This document shows positions 8,317-14,595 of a DNA stretch of 14,595 nt, piece after piece. Position 1 is the first letter of the stretch. Every line of letters starts with the position of its first letter. This DNA comes from a bacterium (GTDB taxonomy: Bacteria; DUMJ01). Location of the stretch: contig JBMFMV010000049.1 of assembly GCA_049970495.1 (NCBI GenBank), positions 1 through 14,595 on the forward strand. The letters are read 5' to 3'. A program made the translations under genes and the position numbers. Under the pieces are notes generated by a model that ran no database searches, was not told the DNA's origin, and saw only the letters and a list, made by a program, of their open reading frames with translations.

Positions 8317-9513
8317 CTAATCAAATGGTCTAAATGAATCTAATGCAGTTATATCCCCTTCAAATTCCAAGACGATTACTGTATCTAGTGGATCTGGAGC
8401 CTTCTCAGGTAAGTTAGAGAAGATAATTCTCTCTCCTTTTACTGTAAACTTCACCTCTTCTTTAGTCTCTAAAAAGTAGGCTTTCTTTATATTAATCTTG
8501 CATGGAGCTAGGGCAAACTCCTCATTCCAGTAAAATACATGAATATAGAGTTTGTTATCTTTTAATGTAGTTACTCCATGAGGAAATCCAACCTTTGTCC
8601 TTACTGTACCATAGATACTTTCTCCGTTCTTTTCCATCCATTTTCCAACTTCCTCTAGTATTTTAATCGACTCTTCTGGAATTGTTCCATCAGGTTTTGG
8701 TCCAACATTCAAAAGATAGTTCCCTCCTCCAGAGGCACACCTAGCTAGATTCCAAATAATCACCTGAGGAGATTTCCAGTTATTATCACCTTTACAGTAT
8801 CCCCAATGGTCATTTAGTGTCATGCAGGATTCCCAGTCTCTTTGGGGGGCATTAGGAGCAGGGAAGTGACCAGGGATATACTGCTCAGGAGTATCAAAAT
8901 CCTCTGGCAATTGGCTCCTATTGTTTATAATTATATCTGGTTGATGTCTTCTTACCATTTCATTTAACTTCTGAGACTGCCAATCTTCCGCAGTATAAGG
9001 CCAGCCTCCATCATACCAGAGGATATCAATCTTTCCATAGTTTGTCATAAGCTCTTCAACTTGGGTGTGTATATATTGCACAAGTTCTTTCCAACCTTCC
9101 GGATCATTCTTAGGACCTTTGAAATAGGCATCATATCTCCAATCGAGTAAAGAATAATAGAAGCCAATTCTCATATCATACTTTCTACATGCTTCTACAT
9201 ACTCTTTTATAAGGTCCCTCTTAGCAGCACTCTTAGGGGCAGTAAAATCACTCACCTTACTATCAAATAGAGAGAATCCATCATGGTGCCTTGTAGTTAA
9301 AACTATATACTTCATTCCTGCTTTTTTGGCAAGTTTTACCCACTCTTCAGGATTATACTTCTCTGGATTGAATTTATCTGCCAGTTTTCTATACTCCTCT
9401 TTAGGGATTCTCTCCTGATACATGACCCACTCCCCTCTACCGGGGATACTATAAACTCCCCAGTGAATAAACATCCCAAACTTTGCCTGTCTCCACCAAT
9501 CCATCCTATCCAT
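8317..9513 (-). CDS. GH29 alpha-L-fucosidase, 398 aa
   Basis: AKFGMFIHWG, GEW, TRHHDGF, YYSLLDW, nucleophile motif LWYDG, DFDTPEQ, WESCMT, LLNVGP. RBS AGGAGG. No signal peptide. Confidence 0.93.
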   Translation of the reverse strand: MDRMDWWRQAKFGMFIHWGVYSIPGRGEWVMYQERIPKEEYRKLADKFNPEKYNPEEWVKLAKKAGMKYIVLTTRHHDGFSLFDSKVSDFTAPKSAAKRDLIKEYVEACRKYDMRIGFYYSLLDWRYDAYFKGPKNDPEGWKELVQYIHTQVEELMTNYGKIDILWYDGGWPYTAEDWQSQKLNEMVRRHQPDIIINNRSQLPEDFDTPEQYIPGHFPAPNAPQRDWESCMTLNDHWGYCKGDNNWKSPQVIIWNLARCASGGGNYLLNVGPKPDGTIPEESIKILEEVGKWMEKNGESIYGTVRTKVGFPHGVTTLKDNKLYIHVFYWNEEFALAPCKINIKKAYFLETKEEVKFTVKGERIIFSNLPEKAPDPLDTVIVLEFEGDITALDSFRPFD

Positions 9514-9533
9514 AGTGTCTACCTCCTACATTT

Positions 9534-9880
9534 TTAGGTTTTATTAATTTCTTCCAAAACTTTCTTAAACATCTTATAAATCTCTGGAATATCCTCTATA
9601 ATCGTTTTCCATACAACTGCATAATTAACACCAAAATACTCATGTATTAATTTATCTCTTATCCCTGCCGTATCTCTCCAGGAATTTCTTGATATTTTCC
9701 TCTGATTTCTAGTGGAATCTTTTTGGTAGCTTCACCTATAACCTCTAGACTTCTAACAAAAGCTCTTTTTAAATGCTCTTCCTGAATGAATCGACAATAT
9801 TCAATGTTAGCTGAGGATTTTAAGAGATATTCACACTCTGTTAATATATCATTGATATAGTCTAACGCATCTCTTTTCAC
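9534..9880 (-). pseudogene. hepT: HepT-like (DUF86, HEPN) RNase toxin, disrupted by a 1-nt frameshift near 9680
   Basis: First frame gives MKRDALDYINDIL...RAFVRSLEVIGEATKKIP...YQEIP and stops at 9659. The shifted frame from 9680 gives WRDTAGIRDKLIHEYFGVNYAVVWKTIIEDIPEIYKMFKKVLEEINKT* (stop 9534-9536), which contains the RX4HXY motif. Restoring one base gives a 115-aa protein. GTGA overlap with mntA. Confidence 0.9.
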
Positions 9881-10170
9881 ACTAAAATAACCTCATCTAG
9901 AATATGCCTACCAATATTTGGTTTTAAAGAGTCTTTCATAACAAGATCAACTTTAACACCTAAAATATCTGAAAGATAATTTTCAAGATTAATAAATTCA
10001 AGAAGCGACGGAGTTTTTTCAAACTCAACTAAGATATCTATATCACTCGCTCGCCCTTGTTCATTTCTTACGTAAGAACCAAAAATACCTATCTCTCTAA
10101 CACCGTATTTTATTTTTAATTCCTTTTTGTAATAGGACAATATACTCATAATCTCCTCAAGATTCCTCAT
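9877..10170 (-). CDS. mntA: MntA-like minimal nucleotidyltransferase antitoxin (type VII TA), 97 aa
   Basis: GIFGSYVRNEQGRASDIDILVEF (GSX10DXD), LSDILGVKVDLV, typical size, and directly upstream of a DUF86 gene. Confidence 0.92.
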   Translation of the reverse strand: MRNLEEIMSILSYYKKELKIKYGVREIGIFGSYVRNEQGRASDIDILVEFEKTPSLLEFINLENYLSDILGVKVDLVMKDSLKPNIGRHILDEVILV

Positions 10171-10183
10171 ATTAATACCTCTC

Positions 10184-10197
10184 TCATAATTATATGA
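10184..10197 (-). promoter_or_regulatory. Possible -10 box inside a short inverted repeat upstream of mntA
   Basis: Minus strand TCATATAATTATGA (arms TCATA/TATGA) contains TATAAT at 10189-10194, just before the RBS AGAGGT. No canonical -35 at 17 bp spacing. Confidence 0.35.
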
Positions 10198-10212
10198 TAA
10201 AAACAGTAGAAC

Positions 10213-11472
10213 CTAGCTATATTCCTCTGTGAGCCTACTTGCCATTTCAGCCCATTCCCATAATCTATGTGGCTTATAGTTAACCGTACTTATATCTTTC
10301 ATTATAATCTCTACTATGCAACCTTTCTCCTTAGCCCTCTTTAAAACATACTCAAGTTCAGCTTTAGCCTTTTCTACATTCCAAATCGCCTCTGCCAATA
10401 CTGCTGGATTTGGTTTATAAGAAAATACATAGTCTCTTCCTACTGCCTCTACTGCTTCGTCTACATTCACTCTATAGTTCATCGATACCTTCCTTAAGTT
10501 GGAGATATTTCTTCTTAGCATATCCATCTTCCTATGTAATGGCTCACAGCATCCATAGTAGGCTAATCCAAACCTATCTAACCATCTCTTTTCATATTTA
10601 ACCGCAAACTCCTCATGCATCTGGGGTGAAACCGCAACAAAAATCTGGGCGGTAGCGCATCCCCAAAGATCAATTGGTCTAACATGTTCTGGATCAAATC
10701 CTGGCTTAGGCAATTCGTCTGTATATCCGTATCCACCAGAACCTACCCTTATTGGACCGTTGTTTAGTGAGAGTAATCCCATGGATTCATACTGGTCAAG
10801 TCTATGTAAATGCGCATCTACTAACCTAGCTATAGCTTTATGAACAAGGTCCGGCCTCTCTACAAGATCAATCATAAGCTTTTCTACCCCCCACCAGGTA
10901 ACAAGTTCATCCCAAGGTGCAAACCAGAATCCAGGTGCTCCTCTTTTCTCAACAGGCAATATCCCATCAAAGATATCACACATAAGTTGATAACGTTCTT
11001 CAGTTGCTTCGGCATCATAGATAACTACCGGATACTTTATCTTCTCGAGGTCTTCCTCACCCTGTATCTGAGGATGAAAGTGTCTTGAAACTACGGGATT
11101 ATTGGAATCGATACTTGCAACATCTGACTCTTCAGATATCCCAAATCCTGAATCATAGATCACAAGAGGACAATAGATCTTTGGTTCAACTACCATATCA
11201 GCCCTCAAATGTCTCCATTGGTATATTGTTTGACGAAGCTCTTGCTCTATCCTTTTACAAAACTTGCTTTCACATTGAAGTGTAAGCTCATCATCTACAT
11301 TCATCTCCTGCCAAGGTATCTCATTGATCCAAACCATAGGTTTAACATCTTCTAGCTTATTAAGTCTCTTCCACATCTCGGCTTTTTCCTTTTGGATAGG
11401 TAATGATGCTATATCTGCTAACTGGTAAGCCAACTCTCTAAGTATAGATTTGTCTCTTTTACTTATTTCCAT
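10213..11472 (-). CDS. Uncharacterised protein with a probable URO-D / cobalamin-independent methionine synthase-like barrel, 419 aa
   Basis: WWGVEKLMIDLVERPDLVHKAI, VSPQMHEEFAVKYEK, YYGCCEPL, GRDYVFSYKPNP and the C-terminal helix pattern parallel URO-D-like proteins, but the match is distant. Starts 4 nt after the GH29 stop codon. Confidence 0.7.
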   Translation of the reverse strand: MEISKRDKSILRELAYQLADIASLPIQKEKAEMWKRLNKLEDVKPMVWINEIPWQEMNVDDELTLQCESKFCKRIEQELRQTIYQWRHLRADMVVEPKIYCPLVIYDSGFGISEESDVASIDSNNPVVSRHFHPQIQGEEDLEKIKYPVVIYDAEATEERYQLMCDIFDGILPVEKRGAPGFWFAPWDELVTWWGVEKLMIDLVERPDLVHKAIARLVDAHLHRLDQYESMGLLSLNNGPIRVGSGGYGYTDELPKPGFDPEHVRPIDLWGCATAQIFVAVSPQMHEEFAVKYEKRWLDRFGLAYYGCCEPLHRKMDMLRRNISNLRKVSMNYRVNVDEAVEAVGRDYVFSYKPNPAVLAEAIWNVEKAKAELEYVLKRAKEKGCIVEIIMKDISTVNYKPHRLWEWAEMASRLTEEYS

Positions 11473-11476
11473 CCCT

Positions 11477-12850
11477 TTAATCCTCCGCTTGGATAAGCTC
11501 AGCAGTAACCTTTATTACATACGCTACTGCATCCTGATATTCTTCCGGAAAGAGAACGATAAGCCTTCTAATCTTTTCATCATATTCGAACTTCGCAGCC
11601 TGACTAATCCCAAGTATCTGAACTTCGAAAGGCTTTGCAATTATAACTTCATCTATGGTAACTGTCCTATTTTTCAAAGGATCAAATACTGTTATATATA
11701 GGTTATTATCTCTATTTGTAAAGTAGACTCTATTACCCTCTAGACTCTCACCCTCAGTTTTTACCCAAAGTCTAGTAGAATATATAGCTTCACTATTTAC
11801 CTTTAGCCAGTTTCCTAATTGTCTAAGTCTCTGAAGCTGTAATTCAGGAATCGTTCCATCGGCTTTGGGACCTATATTTAATAGTAAATTACCACCATTT
11901 GCTACTGTCTTCACTAAAAGTTCTATTAAATCTCTCTCGGAAATGATATGTTCTGGACCCTCATTTGCATTGTAACCGAAAGAAAAACCTATACCTCTAG
12001 TCATTTCCCATTTCCCCTGGACAGGAGAAATGCTAAATTGATATTCCTTAGTGGAAAAATCTTTCCAAACTCCATCCCAACGGTCGTTTACTACACCTTC
12101 AGAAACGGTATTATAATAATGAGCAAAGACATATTTCAGATCTTCTCTTCCTTTCTCAGGCCAACCTATATCTCCCCAAAGAACTGAAGGTTTATACCTA
12201 TCAATCAATTCTATCAATTGATTATATGCGTAATCAGCGTAAGCATACGTATGGGGTCTTATGTAAAGAAGGTCTTCAAGAGAAGTAATTGGTTGTTCTG
12301 TATATCTCCAATCTAAAGCTCCAGAATAATATAATCCCATCCTTATACCTTGTGAGCGAACCGCACTTGTTAATTCTCCTACAATATCTCTCCTAGGACC
12401 TCTCTGATAGGAGTTATAATCGGTATACTTACTAGGCCAAAGGCAGAAACCATCATGATGTTTGGCAGTCAAAACGACATATCTAGCCCCTATCTCCTTA
12501 AATATTTGCGCCCATTCATTAGGGTCCCACATTTCCGCTTTCCACATATAAGAGAAGAGTTCATAGTCAAAATTTTCTCCGTACTTCTTCTTGTGATATT
12601 CCCAGGTATCACTAGATTTAAGTCTAATAGAATTTAAGTACCATTCAGCATATGGGTTCATATAAAACCACTTAGACCAATCTATACTACCCAGCTCCCC
12701 TGAAGGAGGAGCATAGGCTGGGACAGAGTACAATCCCCAGTGAATAAAAATACCAAATTTTGCATCATCATACCACTTAGGAAGCTCATGGGTCCTTATA
12801 GATTCCCATGTAGGGAGATATTTCTTAGAAGATTCATTTAGATTCTCCAT
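11477..12850 (-). CDS. GH29 alpha-L-fucosidase, Thermotoga TM0306-like, 457 aa
   Basis: PTWES, AKFGIFIHWG, NPYAEWY, AKHHDGF, YYSGALDW, LWGDIGWPEKGREDLKY (nucleophile Asp), VNDRW, TKEY (acid/base Glu), WEMTRGIGFSFGYN. RBS AGGAGG. Similarity to TM0306 is from recall, not from an alignment. Confidence 0.95.
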   Translation of the reverse strand: MENLNESSKKYLPTWESIRTHELPKWYDDAKFGIFIHWGLYSVPAYAPPSGELGSIDWSKWFYMNPYAEWYLNSIRLKSSDTWEYHKKKYGENFDYELFSYMWKAEMWDPNEWAQIFKEIGARYVVLTAKHHDGFCLWPSKYTDYNSYQRGPRRDIVGELTSAVRSQGIRMGLYYSGALDWRYTEQPITSLEDLLYIRPHTYAYADYAYNQLIELIDRYKPSVLWGDIGWPEKGREDLKYVFAHYYNTVSEGVVNDRWDGVWKDFSTKEYQFSISPVQGKWEMTRGIGFSFGYNANEGPEHIISERDLIELLVKTVANGGNLLLNIGPKADGTIPELQLQRLRQLGNWLKVNSEAIYSTRLWVKTEGESLEGNRVYFTNRDNNLYITVFDPLKNRTVTIDEVIIAKPFEVQILGISQAAKFEYDEKIRRLIVLFPEEYQDAVAYVIKVTAELIQAED

Positions 12851-12861
12851 AGATCCTCCTT

Positions 12862-14127
12862 CTATACACTCAAGGGTTGAATCTCAGGTATCCCATCAAT
12901 CTCTAATGTTATAACACTATCCAACTCATCCTTTGGTTCAGCTGGCAAATCTATTATTAACCTATATTCATTTCTAGATGCTTCATAATACTGAATAAAA
13001 TTCAATTGAACCTGAGGACCATCGGGGAGGAAATAAGCCCTTTTAACAGTACTCTTAAGCCCGTGAAAAACTAATCTATCTTCTTTGGGCCAGTCAAAGA
13101 TATGAAGGAAAAGTTTCCCAGACTTTGCAGTCACACCTCCCCATGGCAATACATAGGGTAGAGGTGGAACAGGAATTGTACCATATATAGATTCTCCATT
13201 CTTCCTCATCCATCTCCCAACAGTACGAAGGATATCTACACTAGGCTGAGGAATAACCCCTTCTGCATCAGGTCCAACATTCAATAAATAATTACCACCC
13301 TTACTGTTGATATCTACCAATAGACGAAGAACTGTCTTTGGAGACTTCCAGTTATTATCATTTTTCTTATATCCCCAAGTATCATTTAGTGTAGCTGGAG
13401 TCTCCCAATCAGTAGGATAAGGCATAGCAGGTATTCTATTATCAGGCATTTGTTTATAATCTCCTAAATCGTGTCCTACTCTGCCATTAATTATACATTC
13501 TGGTTGCAGTTGTCTCACCAAATCTACAAACTCTTGTGCGTGCTCTCTAGAAATATTCATAGGTGTATCAAACCATATAAGTCCTATAGGACCATACTGA
13601 GTCAATAATTCTCTTACTTGTGGCTTAGCTTTTTCTTCCATATATCTAGCGAAATTTTTCTTACTCTCGTCGTAATCCCAATCATTCCCTACCCCATCAG
13701 GATGATGCCAGTCCTGAACGTGAGAGTAGTAAAAACAGAATTTGATTCCTGCCTCTTCACAAGCCTTAGCTAAATCTTTCATAGGGTCCTTTTTGAAAGG
13801 GGTAGCATCTACAATATCATAATTAGAACAAGGAGAGTCGTACATAGCAAAACCATCATGATGTTTGGCAGTAATAACAATATATTTCATCCCAGCATCT
13901 TTAGCTAACTGTACCCACTCCTCTGCATTAAATTTAGTCGGATTAAACTTTTCGGCTAGTTTTTCATATTCTTTTACAGGAATTCTAGCCCTTTTCATAA
14001 TCCACTCACCAATGCCAGGAATTTCTTTTCCATCCCATATTCCAGCAGGAATAGCATATAATCCCCAGTGGATAAACATTCCAAACTTTGCCTGTCTCCA
14101 CCATGCCATTTTTCCCTTATCTAACAT
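12862..14127 (-). CDS. GH29 alpha-L-fucosidase family protein, 421 aa
   Basis: AKFGMFIHWG, GIGEWIM, AKHHDGF, YYSHVQDW, IWFDTP (nucleophile), INGR, WETPATLNDTWGY, LLNVGP. No signal peptide. Confidence 0.93.
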   Translation of the reverse strand: MLDKGKMAWWRQAKFGMFIHWGLYAIPAGIWDGKEIPGIGEWIMKRARIPVKEYEKLAEKFNPTKFNAEEWVQLAKDAGMKYIVITAKHHDGFAMYDSPCSNYDIVDATPFKKDPMKDLAKACEEAGIKFCFYYSHVQDWHHPDGVGNDWDYDESKKNFARYMEEKAKPQVRELLTQYGPIGLIWFDTPMNISREHAQEFVDLVRQLQPECIINGRVGHDLGDYKQMPDNRIPAMPYPTDWETPATLNDTWGYKKNDNNWKSPKTVLRLLVDINSKGGNYLLNVGPDAEGVIPQPSVDILRTVGRWMRKNGESIYGTIPVPPLPYVLPWGGVTAKSGKLFLHIFDWPKEDRLVFHGLKSTVKRAYFLPDGPQVQLNFIQYYEASRNEYRLIIDLPAEPKDELDSVITLEIDGIPEIQPLSV

Positions 14128-14175
14128 AAAAAATCATCTCCCTTTACTAATTATTTAGAATAACTAAAAACTAAT

Positions 14176-14595
14176 TTAGATACCTATCCCTTTAAGCGCT
14201 AATACCTCAGCTAGATGACAACTAACATAATGGTTAGAAGTAATAGATTTAAGAGAAGGCCGTTCTTCCCTACATATGTCTTTCGCATATTTGCATCTGA
14301 CATGAAAGACGCAGCCACTAGGTAAATTTGCTGGGTCGGGAGGATCACCTGTTAGTATAGCCCTTTTACGACGTCCTGTAACAGTTCTTGGAACCGCACT
14401 TAAAAGAGCTTCAGTATAAGGATGCAGAGGATGAGTCAGAAGCTCATCTCTAGGAGCTACTTCTACCAGTTTCCCAGCATACATAACTGCTATTCTATCT
14501 GCCATATATCGTACTACACTAATATCATGACTTATAAATAGGTAAGTTATACCAAATTGTTCTTGTAAATCTTTAAGCAGGTTCAAAATCTGAGC
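14176..14595 (-). CDS. Opp/Dpp-family ABC transporter ATP-binding subunit (OppF/DppF-like), 3' part only
   Basis: Frame is open to the right edge ([11 protein letters not shown]...), with H-loop [31 protein letters not shown] and the cysteine-rich tail GCVFHVRC...C...SCH. The track start at 14586 is an internal TTG. Confidence 0.92.
   Translation of the reverse strand, partial: AQILNLLKDLQEQFGITYLFISHDISVVRYMADRIAVMYAGKLVEVAPRDELLTHPLHPYTEALLSAVPRTVTGRRKRAILTGDPPDPANLPSGCVFHVRCKYAKDICREERPSLKSITSNHYVSCHLAEVLALKGIGI

Noticed and set aside
6254..8324. Track start sites at 6274 and 8324
   Set aside because: Both are TTG codons overlapping upstream ORFs; the ATGs at 6253 and 8306 have better placed RBS sequences.
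9659..9705. Programmed -1 frameshift producing full-length HepT
   Set aside because: No in-frame X XXY YYZ slippery heptamer or evident stimulatory structure; mutation or assembly error is simpler.
5159..11472. Calling the URO-D-like genes hemE (haem biosynthesis)
   Set aside because: The MRQAGR substrate-binding motif is absent and there are no tetrapyrrole genes nearby.
5398..14158. All plus-strand ORFs in the track (5398-5589, 6869-7099, 7117-7362, 7861-8223, 10410-10601, 10840-11088, 11085-11285, 11450-11701, 11948-12187, 12455-12637, 13865-14158)
   Set aside because: Short, antisense to well-supported genes, and without recognisable motifs; most likely shadow ORFs.
14128..14175. Weak AT-rich inverted repeat (TAATTATT-TAG-AATAACTA) between the ABC ATPase and first GH29 genes
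   Set aside because: Short, imperfect and nearly all A/T, so expected by chance at this base composition.
1..14595. CRISPR array, tRNA/rRNA, insertion sequence or prophage genes
   Set aside because: The window is almost fully coding with gaps under about 50 nt; I saw no periodic repeats, transposase motifs or structural RNA signatures.

Overview
AT-rich bacterial DNA in which every credible gene lies on the minus strand, packed as one operon-like run. In transcription order (right to left): the 3' end of an Opp/Dpp-type ABC ATPase; two GH29 alpha-L-fucosidases (421 and 457 aa; the second closely resembles Thermotoga maritima TM0306 as I recall it); a 419-aa URO-D/methyltransferase-like protein; an MntA-HepT toxin-antitoxin pair with a frameshifted toxin; a third GH29 (398 aa); a polyol/ketose-type SDR; a 349-aa URO-D-like protein; a truncated PIN-toxin remnant behind a 31-bp palindrome; a 364-aa URO-D-like protein; a GH151-type fucosidase (661 aa); an L-fucose isomerase-family protein; an intrinsic terminator; and a divergent GH151/GHL6-like hydrolase that runs off the left edge and is missing from the ORF track. 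The best candidate for an undescribed system is a cytoplasmic fucoside-utilisation locus with five fucosidase-like hydrolases and three mutually divergent URO-D-fold proteins, each tightly coupled to a sugar gene. My inference is that it removes O-methyl groups from, or otherwise processes, modified fucose-type sugars, then uses an isomerase plus oxidoreductase route. All family calls come from motif recognition, not database searches.
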